55,397 nucleotides of DNA. It comes from Prorocentrum cordatum (taxonomy: Eukaryota). Under the pieces are notes generated by a model. It was not told the DNA's origin. It ran no database searches and saw only the letters and a list, made by a program, of their open reading frames with translations. This document shows, piece after piece, positions 10,580 through 23,723 of the stretch; position 1 is the first letter of the stretch; each line of letters opens with the position of its first letter. Where the stretch lies: contig CAUYUJ010000163.1 of the NCBI GenBank assembly GCA_963575745.1, forward strand, positions 62,001-117,397, in the 5' to 3' direction. The translations under genes and the position numbers were made by a program.

Positions 10580-12252
10580 GTCTCCCTGTTGGGGCCACGA
10601 AGCGTGTGAGGGGTGTGCCAAAATGGGGCGGCGGCGCCATGCGAACTGCGCCATTGGGACGTTAGGTGGAGCTCCTTACGGGGCCACGAAACGTGTGAGG
10701 GGTGTGCCAAATTGAGCGGCGGCGCCATGCGAAAAGCGCCACTGGGACGTTCGGTGAAGCTCCATATGGGGCCAAAAAGCGTGTGAGGGGTGCGCCAACA
10801 TGGGGCGGCGGCGCCATGCGAACTGCGCCGCCGGGACGTTCGGTGGAGCTCATTGTGGGGCCACGAAACGTGCGAGGGGTGTGCCAAAATGGGGCGGCGG
10901 CGCCATGCGAACTGCGCCATTGGGACCTGCGGTGGAGCTCCTTACGGGGTCACGAAGCGTGTGAGGGGTGTGCCAAACTGGGGCGGCGGCGCCATGCGAA
11001 CTGTGCCATTGGGGCGTTCGGTGGTGCTCCTTCTGTGGCCACGAAGCGTGTGAGGGGTGTGCCAAACTTAGCCACGCAGCGCGTGAGGGGTGTGCCAAAA
11101 TGGCGCGGCGGCGCCGTGCGAACTGCACCAATGCGACCTTAGGTGGGGCTCCTTACGGGGCCACGAAACGTGTGAGGGGTGTGCCAAACTGGGGCGGCGG
11201 CGCCATGCGATTTGCGCCAGTGGGACGTTTGGTGGAGCTCCCTGTGGGGCCACGAAACGTGTGAGGGATGCCCCCAAATCGGGCGGCGGCGCCATGCGAA
11301 CTGCGCAACTGGGTCGTTAGGTGGGGCTCCATGTGGGGCCACGAAACGTGCGAGGGGTGTGCCAACATGTGGCGGCGGCGCCATCGAACTGCGCCATTGG
11401 GACCTGCGGTGGAGCTCCTTCTGGGGTCACGAAGCGTGTGAGGGGTGTGCCAAACTGGGGCGGCGGCGCCATGCGAACTGCGCCACTGGGACGTTCGGTG
11501 GAGCTCCCTGTGGGGCCACGAAACGTGTGAGGGATGCCCCCAAATGGGGCGGCGGCGCCATGCGAACTGCGCCACTGGGTCGTTAGGTGGGGCTCCCTGT
11601 GGGGCCACGAAACGTGCGAAGGGTGTGCCAACATGTGGCGGCGGCGCCATCGAACTGCGCCATTTGGACCTGCGGTGGGGCTCCTTTGGGGGTCACGAAG
11701 CGTGTGAAGGGTGTGCCAAACTGGGGCGGCGTCGCCATGCGAACTGCGCCATTGGGGTCTCAGGTGGAGCTCCCTATGTGGCCACGAAGCGTGTGAGGAG
11801 TGTACCAAACTGGGGTGGCGGCGCCATGCGAACTGCGCCACTGGGACCTTAGGTGGAGCTCATTGTGGGGCCACGAAACGTGTGAGGGGTGTGCCAAAAT
11901 GGGGCGGCGGCGCCATGCGAACTGCGCCACTGCGACCTTAGGTGGATCTCCCTGTGGGGGCCACGCGGCGTGTGAGTGGTGTGCCAAAATGGAACGGCGA
12001 CGCCATGCGAACTGCGCCACTGGGACTTTCGGTGGAGCTCCTTGTGTGACCACGGAACGTGTGAGGGGCGCGCCCAAAGTGGGGCGGCGGCGCCATGCGA
12101 ACTGCGCTAGTGGGACGTTCGGTTGAGCCCCCTGTGGGGCCACGAAGCGTGTGAGGGGTGTGCCAACATGGGGCGGCGGCGCCATGCGAACTGCGCCACT
12201 GGGACTTTGGGTGGGGCTCCTTGTGGGGCCGCGAAACGTGCGAGGGGTGTAC
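10580..12252 (+). repeat. ~89-bp satellite, about 19 copies, with a local 3-mer higher-order repeat
   Basis: Consensus ggtggagctccctgtggggccacgaaacgtgtgaggggtgtgccaaaatggggcggcggcgccatgcgaactgcgccactgggacgttc; an isolated remnant occurs at ~9803-9850. Confidence 0.95.
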
Positions 12253-12758
12253 CGACACAGAGACATCATGAAGGCAAGAACAAGGACTTGGACACGGGAG
12301 GGGGGGAGGGAGGAGGAGGAGGAGGAGGAGGAGGAGGAGGAGGAGGAGGAGGAGGAGGAGGAGGAGGAGGAGGAGGAGGAAGAGTATGAAGAGGAGGAGG
12401 AGGAGGAAGCGGGAGGGAGGGGCGCGGGGCGCTGTCTCTTCAAAACGAGGGCCCATCACCACAGGATGGTTGGGACAAATCAGGACGTCGCATATCTGGA
12501 GCGGCGAATCAAGTGGCCTTCGCCACATCCCGCCACCGCGCCAGCGATGATCAGGAGAGGGAGGGGGAGGACGAGGAGGAGGAGGAGGAGGAGGAGGCCT
12601 CTTGGATGCCTCTTTGGACTTCCAGGAAACCTCTGTGGTGCCTCTCGGGGGCTGTCGGAGGGAGTCGTCCTGGGCGCCTCGTGTCCTTCTCGCGCTACCC
12701 CCTCGCGTGCGGCCACCAAATCCTGGCCTGGCCCGTTTTCGCTCGTCGTCTAGGGTTA

Positions 12759-12921
12759 AATCGGGCTTGTCCCTCTACAAGGGGGAATCTCCAAACATAG
12801 TTAAACAAATAGTCAGTGGACGATGTTTTTTTGTTCAACACCGTGTTTGACTAGTTGTGTATGTCTGGGGTATGTTTAAGTCATATTCCAAACATCCACC
12901 TGTAGAGGGACACGCCCGACC
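12759..12921. mobile_element. MITE family with TIR (a)gtcgggcctgtccctctacagg (other copies ~15639-15771, 19678-19910, 38974-39142; single ends ~9120-9141, 46310)
   Basis: Paired ~22-bp inverted ends about 130-230 bp apart, with short TA/TAA-like flanks. Confidence 0.75.
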
Positions 12922-14663
12922 TAAACCAAATCTTGACCTGGCCCGTTTTCGCTCGTCGTCTAGGGGCCATGTTGGGTCGGAGGGCTCCGAATCGCAGTTC
13001 CAGTCCCCCTCTTGAGCTTCCTCTTGTGTGCCTCTTGGGAGCCCCCTGGATCCCTCTTGGGAGCCTTGGAGCTATATCGGGCGCGTATTCGGGGCTTTTC
13101 GGGCCGTCGTGGGCGCTCTGAGGGCAGCCACGCGCAAGACCATCTACATTCACACAACAAGCGTACTTGAGTCGTTTAATGAGTTTGCCCTCTCGGGCCC
13201 ACACCCAGTGCCTCCAAGACGACCCAAGAGGATTTCAACATAGCGGTCCTTAGGGCTACCAAGAGCTTTGAGCCTCCTCGAGCATTGCTTGGAAGTATAT
13301 CGGGAGATGTTAGAGTCCGCCTTGAACTTCTGGCAAGCTTATGGTCTGTACCTTCAGGAATCTGACACTCCCTCTGACGCCTACATCTGAATGGGCCTCG
13401 GAGTACTCCACTTCGTGGTGAAGGCACGGTGATGGATTTCAGGGCGCCTCGCATGCGCAGTCCCTCCCAGACAGAACGCATGGCGGGCAGGCATGATGTG
13501 GTTTACCCATGGTCAAGTGAGGAAGCATGCTCGGGGGGCCACGGAGCGCTCGGGGAAGAGAGGACAAGTGGAATCTGGGATCAGGGTTGCCCTGTACACC
13601 AACAGAGAGGACTACGCCTTGCCTGGTGTTCCTCGGCGCTGTTCCTGCCTCGTTGCCATCTCCGCTGCCCAGGGCTTTCTCTTCTTCAGAACATCTGGCC
13701 GCAGTCCCTGAGGCCATCGGCCAAGCGCGTACGGCGAGATGCGAGAGCACGCTACCTCCGACTTTCCTCCCGCCTCATCCCTTGCCGTCCACAGTTCTGC
13801 AATGTGAATATATAATCTCCTTTCTCCCATGAAGACGGCTGTGGAGTTGTCCGCCCCTTTCCGTTTTTTTTTTTTTTTTTTTTTTTGTTTTTTCTTTTTT
13901 TCCTTTTTTATGCTTACACACATGTCATCATTATTTGATCTGGCTCATGTTTCTTTTACTCGGAACGTCTTCGGTTTCTCAAAACGGTGCTGCCACTGCA
14001 GCGCGCGGTTCATGTTAGGATCGGCGCTCTGTTCCTCTCGTTCAGACTGGCGGTCTCGCCCAAGCGCGGGCCACTTTTCTGGAGCTGAGTTATTCCTCGT
14101 CGTTGTCGGCACGCTTCGCTCCCTCCCCCCGCCTTCCCCTGGTCACCCTGCTCCTCCCACTTCTCCCACTCCAGCTCCTGCTGCTGCTGTTCCTCCTCGT
14201 CGTCCTCCTTCATACTCCTCCTCTTCCTCCTGATTATCCTCCTGCTCATTCGCCACCTCCTTTTCCTCCTCCTCCTCCTCCTGCTCGTCCTCCTCCTCCC
14301 ATGTACGCAGCTCCCCTTTGCCGACTGCACATGGCACGATAGGGGTCCTTTTTGGAATTTCAGGTCCGCCATGGCACGCGCTGTCAAATCGAAACAAAAC
14401 TATGCGCAAGGGGAAGGGCTGGGTGGGAGGCGTCGGATGTCGCACATGGCGCGAGCGCACCTAGCTGTTTTTCCCGCTGTCATCATTTTTTGTTTGACTT
14501 GCGGCCCCGCTACGCTTCCTCGCGCAAGACCCGCTCTTTGTTGTCGCCCAGGCGTCGCGCAAGCCGTAACGATTTGGGCCCGGAGCTTCTGGCGTAATCA
14601 AGCGGCGCCGGAGGCAGACGCCCAAGTTTCTCACCTCTCGCGTTCAGCTTCCCCTCCTCCTTG

Positions 14664-14787
14664 GCATCGCTCGGACGTGTGCATCTTTCCTTCGGCGAGG
14701 ACCATCGAGGAGCATCCTTGATCACTCGGCGACAAAACCACGCACGAGACCAAAAGACAAACACGGGGAATGGACGCCCGAGCGATG
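14664..14787. mobile_element. ~125-bp MITE (catcgctcggacgt...acgcccgagcgatg); second copy ~54942-55063, expanded copy ~44648-45214
   Basis: Inverted termini and dispersed similar copies. Confidence 0.7.
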
Positions 14788-17007
14788 GCCGGACTCGCGC
14801 CCTCCCTCCACGCGTGCTCTCCCTCCTCGGACGCGAGCTCGCCCATCCTGTTGGCGCCTGCCGGTGCGCCACCCGGCGCACGGCTGCCCGACCTGGCCTG
14901 GCCACTTCCGCAGAGCGCCGCACGGGCCCGGCGCGCGGCGCTCGCTCCGCCCCGATGCCGGCCTCCAGCTCTTGCTGCTACCGTCCCTCCTCGTCCTCCT
15001 CCTCCTCCTCCTCCATGCTCCTCTTCCTCCCGCTGATCCTCAGTCCTGCTCCTTCGCCGCCTCCTCTCCCTCCTCCCCAGAGATCTGGTGTCGTGATTTT
15101 TTCAATGCGCGGTCCCCGGAAGTCTCGACCCATTCCCCAGCACCGGTTTTTCATCCCGAGTCGTTTTTTGACGCTCCCGAGGCCCGGCGAGGGCTCCTAG
15201 GGGCCGACATTAGCGAAAAACGTCCGTCTTGCTTTTTTCAATGCGTTGGATCTCTGGGTCCTCCCGTGTGCGCAGCTCCCCTTTCTGCCGCTGGCGCAGG
15301 TCCCGTGCGCCTCCCGTCGCGGCGGCGCTCTCGTGCGGCGCTCTCGGGCGGGCCCCCGCCCTCTGACACACGTTTTGGTGCGCTGGCTACGGCGCCGGGG
15401 CTGCGCGGCTGGCTCGGGCCACGCGAAGGGGGGGGGGGGCTCCAGGGGGGGGGGGGGGCGCATCGGGCCCCGGGGGGGGGGGGTCCAGGAGGGGGGGGGG
15501 AGGCTCTGGGGGGGGGGGGGGGGCGGAGAGGCTCCAGGGGGGGGAGAGGCTCCAGGGGGAGAGGCTCCAGGGGGGGCAGAGGCCCTATAGGAGTGGGGAG
15601 GGGCTCCGGGGGGGGGGGGGCATCGGGCCCCCAGTCTCAAGTTGGGCCTGTCCCTCTGCAGGAGGACTACTCAAGGATAGCTCAAGCATAGTCCGGGGCG
15701 GATTTTTTTCGGCCGAATTTCTGCTACCCTTGCATTTGGCCCAACATTCCGCGTGTAGGGGGACATGCCCGACGCAAGCTCAGAGGGGGGGAGGGGCATC
15801 GGACCCCGACCCAAGCTCAGGGAGGGAGGGGGTGGGAGGCATCGGGCTTCCACCCGACCATGCATCGCCGGTGGGGGGCCCGAACGCCCGCCCCGCCAGG
15901 GGATGTGCGGGTGTGCCATCGCATCGCCCCCTTCGCGTCCGCGCGTCCCTGGCGCGCGCACCCCCTCTCGACGCCGCCGCCTCGTCCCATTCCATTCCAT
16001 GCGAGGAGGAGGAGGAGGAGGAGGAGGAGGAGGAGGAGGAGGAGGAGGAGGACCTTTCTCTTGTTCCTCCCCCACTTGCCCCTGCGCCTCCACGTCGCCC
16101 GCCCGTTTGTCGCAGCTCGCGTGCCCGTGCCCCTGCGCCCGCCAAGAGCGGGCCGTGGGCACTCTGAATGCCGCTCTTGTCGCGGAGTCCTCGGCTTCGC
16201 GAGCTTGCTGCGGTTGACTCTGGGCACGCGGGCGTGAGACAAATGCCGCGCGTGAACACAAACTGTGCCACCGTGGCGAAGAGGGCTTGGCGGCTGTACG
16301 GCTGTCTACGATGCGAGACGCTTTCCCCTCGCGTGAACTTCTGACTCCACGCCAAGTCAGGCAACATGGCCTGACAATCAGGGAGAGGTTTGACGCTTAG
16401 GGGTCGAGGCGTCCACCACGCCTGTAATCCCGGGTGTGGGCCGATCTCAGTCGCTTCGCAGTGGGCGTCTCCCCGGGGACTGCCCGACTCTCCGTGGGTT
16501 AATCCCCGCAGGTCAGTGCAGGGTTTCGGGGATGCCAGTGCACACCAGACCGAATTCTGTGGCCACGCCCACGACAAAAAAAATCGTCGGACACGATCGG
16601 GAATTCTCGTAAATCCCACGGTGTAGGGTCGGTACAGCCGCGTTCTAGTTGGATCACTCAATCTTGCCCCGACCAGGAACCGATCGTCACAGACCAATCG
16701 ATTTTTCTGTGTCTTCCATCCTCCTTCGTCTGTCTTCCATCTCCCGTTTTCATCCACCCTTCCTTCTCTCCACTCGTCTCTCCCTCGTCCCTCATCCTTC
16801 TCCCTCCTCCTCCTCCCCCTCCCCTCCCGCCTCTCCGACCTCCTTCCTCCCTCCGACCTCCGCTCAGGCAGGCCGGGTGCCGCCCGAGGATCCGACGAGA
16901 GCACGGCCAAAACGCCAGCATGTCACCAGCTGCCGCCACCTCCATCCGCGCCCGGTCCAGAAACGCCTCCCGGCCATCGGTCCTCGCAGGTGGCTGCCCA
17001 TCGGGAC

Positions 17008-17202
17008 TCGGGGGCGGAAAAGAGGGGGGTGACGACTAGGGGAGGGTGGATGTCATGGCGGGGGCCATGATGTTTCCCCAGATCTCATGGCGCCTCTTCT
17101 TGTTTCATTCTGTCCCTGGCCCCCCCGCTGGGCCGCGCACACGCCGCCGGTCATGATTTGCAACCCCCCCCTCTTGGACACCCCCCTCTTGGCCGCTCCC
17201 GA
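17008..17202. mobile_element. ~194-bp MITE, termini TCGGG...CCCGA, 5-bp TSD (copy 1)
   Basis: TIR tcgggggcggaaaagaggggggt / accccctcttggccgctcccga; TSD gggac on both sides. Confidence 0.9.
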
Positions 17203-17964
17203 GGGACTCTGGCATCCAGATCTATGTTTTGTGGTCCGGCTTGCTGTGCACAGGGCAGACCAGCAGTTACGCTGCACGTCCGTTTGAACAGTATGGGCTG
17301 TCATCTCATGCGCTGAACACTGTTGAACACTGTTGAACACTGTTGAACGAATCGTGGGCGTTGCATATCAGCATGCCGATGGGGGGACTCTGACGTGTAG
17401 ATCCACGTTCCGTGATCCACGTTCCGTGGTCCGACAAACTATGCTTGGTGGTCCCCAAACGTGGTGGTGAGAACACCCGGTGGTGAGTTTTGGGCGATTT
17501 GGGTAATGGTTTTCGAGCGCTGGCTGGCCCAGGAAACGCAAAACCTCGTGGCGACCGCGCGTCCCCAAACCCGGTGGTGACCCAGAATTATTTCTGTGGG
17601 GAATCGGGGTCACCACCGGGTGTCTCACCACCTGGTTTGGAGACCACCAATATGCGCAGGACAGGCCGTCACTTGCACTGCACATCTCGCTGCCGTGCCA
17701 CTTTCGCCCTCGTCGTCCTGGCCCTCCTTGTCCTGCCGGGAAGGACGAGGAGGAGGCGGAGGAGGAAGTGGAGTGTGGAAGATGACGCGGAGGCAGTGGA
17801 AGGGGAGGAATATGAGGAGGAGGAGGAGGATAATGTGGGCAGTGGAGGAGGAGGAATATGAGGAGGAGGAGGAGGAGGAGGAATATGAGGAGGAGGAATA
17901 GGAGGAGGAGGAGGATAATGTGGGCAGTGGAGGAAGGAGGAGGCAGGGGAGCGAGAGGGAGAGG

Positions 17965-18649
17965 GATGGTAATGATGCTGCCGCTGCTGATGGTGATGAT
18001 GCTGCTGATGATGGTGATGATGATGGTGATGACGATGATGATGATGGTGATGATGATGGTGATGATGATGATGGTGATGATGATGATGATGATGGTGATG
18101 ACGATGATGATGACGATGACGATGATGATTTCGATGATGATGTTGGTGCTGTTGCTGATGCTAACGATGATGCTGGTGCGGGTGATGGTGATGATGACGA
18201 TGATGATGACGATTATGGTGGTGGTGGTGATGCTGTTGATGATGACGACGACGAGGATGAGGATGATGCTGATGGTGCTGATGATGACGGTGATGATGAT
18301 GCTGATGCTGATGATTGTTATGGTGGTGATGATGATGACGATGACGATGATGATGATTATGATGATGATAATGATGCTGATGATGATGACGATAATACTG
18401 GCGATGATGACGACGATGATGATAATGATGATGTTGATGATGTTGATGCTGATAATGCTGATGATGATGCTGCTACTGATGATCATGACTATGATGATGC
18501 TGATGCTGATGATGCTGATGATGACGATGATGACGATGACGATGGCGACGATGATGCTGCTGATGATGGTGATGCTGCTGATGATGACTATGCTGATGAT
18601 GATGTTGGTGATGCTGATGCTGATGCTGATGCTGATGCTGATGCTGATG

Positions 18650-18723
<74 letters not shown>

Positions 18724-18835
18724 AATGACGGTGATGATGACTATGCGGATGTTGCTGCTGCTGATGATGATGATGATTATGATCACGATGATGAGGGATA
18801 TGGGCGATGAAGCGAATGAGGACGAGGATGACGAT
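17965..18835. repeat. Degenerate (GAT)n trinucleotide expansion; other microsatellites: (GAG)n at 12309, 16003, 21069, 33246, 44310, (GAT)n 33648, (GT)n 37918 and 44662
   Basis: Simple repeats visible directly. Confidence 0.95.
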
Positions 18836-19998
18836 AATCCGCCCGCAGGACCTGGACTTCTCGAGCGTCGACGACGTCTTGCCGAGCCAGGAGATCGATC
18901 TGGTGGAGGCCCGCCCAGCCCGCCGCTGGTCTCTTGCCTGGTCAGGTCGACGTCCCCCCAACATACTCTAACTACGAGTTCGTCGCCTCCCCAGGGGGCG
19001 ATGCGCACAGCGAGAAGCCTCACAGAATATGCTCCGTGGCGGGCGCCTCTGGGCCATACCGCTCGGGAAGCGATCAAGGAACGTGCTGAGAACCCTCTGT
19101 GGTCTGCACGAAATTTTCTCAGAACCTTTCTGGCTAAGTCGTTTTAGGACCTATCATCGGGATTCTGTTCTAAGAACAATTCCGGGCTCTACGAACATGT
19201 CGTGGTAGGCCTCTAGGAATGCCAGGATGGTCGGTTCGTGCTCAAAGGAGGGGACAAAGACGCACGGACACAGTGTCATCGCCCAATCCCAAGAGCATGT
19301 GGGAAAGCATGGGCAGGGTCGAAGAGACGTAAGAGTGACCTTTCGCCGGAGTGACCTTTGGTGCGGGCCCAACGGGGTCCCGCGATCGCGCGCTTGTGTT
19401 TGGCCCCCCGCGGCCCCCAAGAAGCCGCGCACCAAAGGTCACTCTCACCAAGGGTCACTCTTGCGTGTAGTCGATAGGGGGGGAGGGAAGACGAAGGTCC
19501 AAAGCATCTGGAAGAATCTATGGGGGGATCCTGGGATTTGTGTGCGCGCACTCCTTCGTGTGTGTCCCTGGGCCCCCCTGACGCCGGCATCGCGCGGCAG
19601 CAAGTCCCGCCTCGAGCTCGGGAGGGGCTCCAGCTTTCGGGCCGGTCTTGGGGTCTGGCGCAGGGGGCCCAGGCTTGAGTCGGGCCTGTCCCTCTACAGG
19701 AGGAATATCCAGAAGTCAAAAAAATAGCCTGGGGACCATTTTTGACAATTTTTTGGGAGTATTTTCGAACATTCCTGGGGTATTCAATTTTTCGTCCAAA
19801 ATCCGCCTGTAGGGGGACATGCCCGACCTAAGCCTTGGCTTTTCTTTTGAACATTCTTGGCGTATTGAATTTTTCGTCCCAAATCCGCCTGTAGGGGGAC
19901 ATGCCCGACCTGAGCCTTGGCTGTTCTCGGCGTGGCCACAAGAGCGACTCCATGCCTCACGACGGCTCCGAGGACCGAGGCTTGACCCACCTCCCTCA

Positions 19999-20153
19999 GG
20001 AGGGACAAAAAACACAGACACAATTAATCGTCGATTCCCAAGAATATATGGGAAAGTATGGGAAGTGGGGGGGAAGACAAAAACCCAGAACATATGAGAA
20101 AATATGGGGAATCTTTTTATTTGTGTGCATTTATTTGTGTGTCCCAGGGCCCC
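19999..20153 (+). mobile_element. ~150-bp dispersed element GG...CC with TTCA-like 4-bp flanks (Kolobok-like, non-autonomous); copies 50330-50484, 52654-52796, ~52913-53076, ~36281-36436, interrupted copies ~21563/30449 and ~38343/38735
   Basis: Shared body ggagggg-aaaaaacacagacac...tatgggaagtggggggaagac...gtgtcctggggcccc; ttca flanks both ends of the 50330 and 52654 copies. Superfamily is inferred. Confidence 0.75.
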
Positions 20154-21345
20154 TTCAATCCCTGCTGGCGCCCCCACTCCACGAGGGGCCAGAGCTGGGG
20201 GGCATGGCTCCTCCTTGGTGAGAAGCTCTCGTGGCTGGCCATGCGCTCCTCGGTTGCCTGCTGCGGGGCAGCTTCGCTGCCGTCGTTCGCGGCCCCCTGA
20301 GCTCGTGGAGGCACCGCTATACTCTCCAGCTGCGGTGATAAAAAACAGGGGCCGAGCACAACGCTGCTTAGCTTGGTTTTGGCCCCTGTTCTGTTTCTCG
20401 TGTCGTGTTTCGCTGTCGTTCCATCGCGCCGTCCGTCTTTAGACGTTCGGCCCCGTTTCGGTGTTCGTTCTGAAGCGCCAGCGCGTTTTCTGCGTCGTTG
20501 TCCTCGGTCGCCGGAACAAGAAAAGCCCTGGCCCTGGGCGCCCACAGGGGAAGGCAGCAGCAGGAGCCTGGACACAATATCGATCGCCGACTCCTCGACG
20601 AAGAGAAATCGGTCATTGAGCATACAGTGGAAACCCATGCCAAGAAACACCCTGCTTACCTCCAGGGTGCCCTGGGTTTCTTGGGTTCCGATGGTCTTGC
20701 TATGGGAAGCGCGACGTTCCCATGCCCAAATCAGTGGACGTCCTGGGGTCTCAGGGCTGGGTTTCGTGTCGAAGCTTTCTTGTGGACTGGCCCCCACTGC
20801 GGCAGGCTCGCGTCGTGTCGACCAGCGGCGACCCCGCCAGCGGCGTTCAGCTTTGAACGCGGCAGGCGACCCAGAATCGTTCGACGTGGAACGACTCGGA
20901 CGTTTCGGAGCTGGCCGATCGTTCAGAGTTTGAACGATCCCCGCGGTGTCAGGAACCGACGCCGGAGTCGGCACGACACGAACCTGCCGTAAGCTTCCGG
21001 ACGTCTGCTCGGACCTCTTGGGTCCACGTTGGGCCCCCTCTCTGCCCGCAGGTGCGGGCAGAGAGGGGGAGGAGGAGGAGGAGGAGGAGGAGGAGGAGGA
21101 GGAGGAGGAGGAGGAGGAGGAGGAGGAGGAGGAGGAGGAGGAGGAGGAGGAGGAGGAGGAGGAGGAGGAGGAGGAGGCGGAGGAGGAGGAGGAGGAGGGG
21201 GAGGGGGAGGAGTCCGAGGTGGCCGCGTTGGGCCCCCTCTCTTGGCGGCGGCTCTGGCGCCACCCCTCGTGCCCGCGGAGCGCGCTCTTGGGGCAGGGGG
21301 CCTGGCGCCGATCCAAGAAGTGCCGCGCTGACCTCCGAAAGTTTG

Positions 21346-21539
21346 TCGGGGGCGGAAAAGAGGGGGGTGACGACTAGGGGGGGGTGGATATCATGGCGTG
21401 GGCCATGATATCTCCCCAGATCTCATGGCGCCTCTTCTTATTTCATTACGTCCCTGGCCTCCCCGCTGGGCCGCGCACATGCCGCCGGTCATGATTTGCA
21501 CCCCCCCCTCTTGGGCACCCCCCTCTTGGCCGCTCCCGA
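21346..21539. mobile_element. ~194-bp MITE, copy 2
   Basis: Same family as 17008; TSD gtttg. Confidence 0.9.
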
Positions 21540-21702
21540 GTTTGTGCCGAGGTTGTTTTTCTGGATGAGGGGGGGGGGAAACACACACATCGGCACAAGG
21601 AATCGTCGTTTCCCCCGAAGACGTGGGAAACTATGGGAAGTGGGGGGGGAAGACGGAAATCCCCCTATATATAACATGTATACATGTATATGTTATATAT
21701 TT

Positions 21703-21733
<31 letters not shown>

Positions 21734-22211
21734 GCTCGGTCCCCCCCCAGCGACCCCCCAGCGCCTATGATCTTCATCCTCCTCCACGTTTGCAGAGCCA
21801 GGCCGCCTATTGGTGGCGAGACTCTGGGTTTCTTATTGAACGTTGCCTGATAAGCCCACCTCTTTTTACTCTCCTTCTATTCGTTCATTCTCTTCCTTCG
21901 CCCCCTGCATGCCCCCTCCTCTCGCTCCTCGTCACGCTTCTCCTCCCCTCTCCTCTTCCTCCTCCTTTTGCTCCTCCTCCTCCTCATCGTCATCCTCCTC
22001 CTCTTCCTCATCTCCCCTTCTCTTCCCTCGCCCCTTGTATGCCGTCCTACTCCTACTCCTCGTCGCGCTTCTCTTCGCCCCCCCATTCTCCTCCTCCTCC
22101 TCCCCCTGTCATTTCTCTGTCCCTCTCTCTTGTTTTGCCCCGCTCGTTTTCGCCCGTCATTCTCACTTCTCTTCGTCATCAGCCCCTCTTGGCTCAAGTT
22201 GGCTTGTCATC

Positions 22212-22914
22212 ATGCCTGCCTCTTCGGAGGAAGCGCTTGACAGGAAGCGCACTGCCAACAGAAACAGGGCGCGGGTCAGAGCGGTCAAAAACTTCCTCAA
22301 CAAGCCTTGGGTGAGGGAGTCGTTGAAAGAAACGGTGGCGCAGTTCAAGTGGAAGGCACACAGGGCCCTCTGCGACGCGCTAGCCGACGCAGCCAAAAGC
22401 TCCAACAAGTGCCTAGACCGCCTCTACGAGAAGAACAGGGTGTTGAGGGGCTTGTTTTCCACCACCACCCATATGTTGGAGGAGGAGGGGGAGGGCGAGG
22501 ATAATGAGAAGGCGGGCCCCCTCTCCCTCCATTGTATGGTAGTGGTAGTGCAAAACAGAACACGCCCACCAGGTGCTCATGGAGAAACTGGAGGCGACGG
22601 GCAAGAGAGAGCTGGAGCTGGAGGGCGAGCTCAAAGGCTTGCGGGGCGCGAAGCAGAAGCTGACTGCTGAGAACGGCAAGCGGGCGCAGCTCCTGGGAGA
22701 ACTTCAGGCCGAGCTTGACCTAGCCAAGACTGCCCTCGCCACCTTCCGCTCGAAGCAGGCGCGCTTCAACCACTGGGCGACGCCCAAGGACAAGAAGCGC
22801 TGGGCCTGGCTGGCCCTGGGCCCCAAAAAGTGGACCGCGAGGGGCAATTCATCCTTGCGGGATGGTTGCATGGGCGCACAGCGAGGTGCGCGCGCGTTCT
22901 CGCGGCCCCGCTAA
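22212..22914 (+). CDS. Two-exon basic coiled-coil protein (189 aa), unknown function
   Basis: Exons 22212-22439 and 22573-22914 are joined in frame by a GT-AG intron; heptad-like L/E/K pattern; ttggctcaag ends 13 nt upstream of the ATG. Confidence 0.65.
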
Positions 22915-23723
22915 CGAAAGCAAATGCTGACGCATTATAGTCCGCCTGTTGTCATGTGCGTCGGCATTGCGTCAGCGCCGAGCGAAACCAAACCGAACTT
23001 CACCACCGTGGCCGCAGCAGTGGCCAACGAGGGGGATCTTATTCAGGATCCCCCCATCTCACGACAAAGAAGACCGGCGTTGGCGCGCTGGTTTGAAACG
23101 CGGTTTGGCGACGTGCGATTATAAACGAGACAGCGTCGCATGTCGTTGCCGTGCCCACAGCAGTGGGCGTGGATATTGAATAATATCCCCCCATCTGACG
23201 CGTGCCTACTTAGCTAAATGTATATGGTAGACTGTAGCTAGCGACGACGACGGCGTCGTACGAGTCGCTCGCCTTTGCGCGGGCGCTGTGCCAGACACTG
23301 GCGCGCGCTCTGGGATTGCCAGCGCACGTTGCGTCAAAACCAAAAGAGAACGCGTTGGGCCGTAACCAGAAGAGGACGCTTTGGGAACCCATTTTTGGGG
23401 TTCCCATGTCTGGCGGTTTCGCGAATGACATTAACCTTAAGTTTTTCATATCCGCAAGGGCTTCGCCCCCTGCCGCCGGCCCCCTCTCTCGGAGAATGGG
23501 CCATGGAAGAGCTAAGTCATGAGGCTTTGGCGCTGTCGTGCAGCAGTGTCGGAACTTCATGCGAGGCCGATTCGCAATCGGCAAAACCAACTGATCACAA
23601 GAGGGGCTACCGCACAGGGCGATTGGTAAGACGTGTATGGTTTACGAGCTTGGTTACCACACCTTGGGATTTAAGGGCCGAGGGAGTACTCGCAGTTTGG
23701 GTTACCACGCCTTGCGATGGATG

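Noticed and set aside
10580..12252. CRISPR array or repeat-protein gene
   Set aside because: Contiguous 89-bp monomers (not a multiple of 3); the ORFs in all frames are by-products.
17368..19147. Poly-Asp/Met/Ile/His ORFs
   Set aside because: Translations of a (GAT)n microsatellite that are open in several frames; likewise the poly-Glu/Gly and (GT)n ORFs elsewhere.
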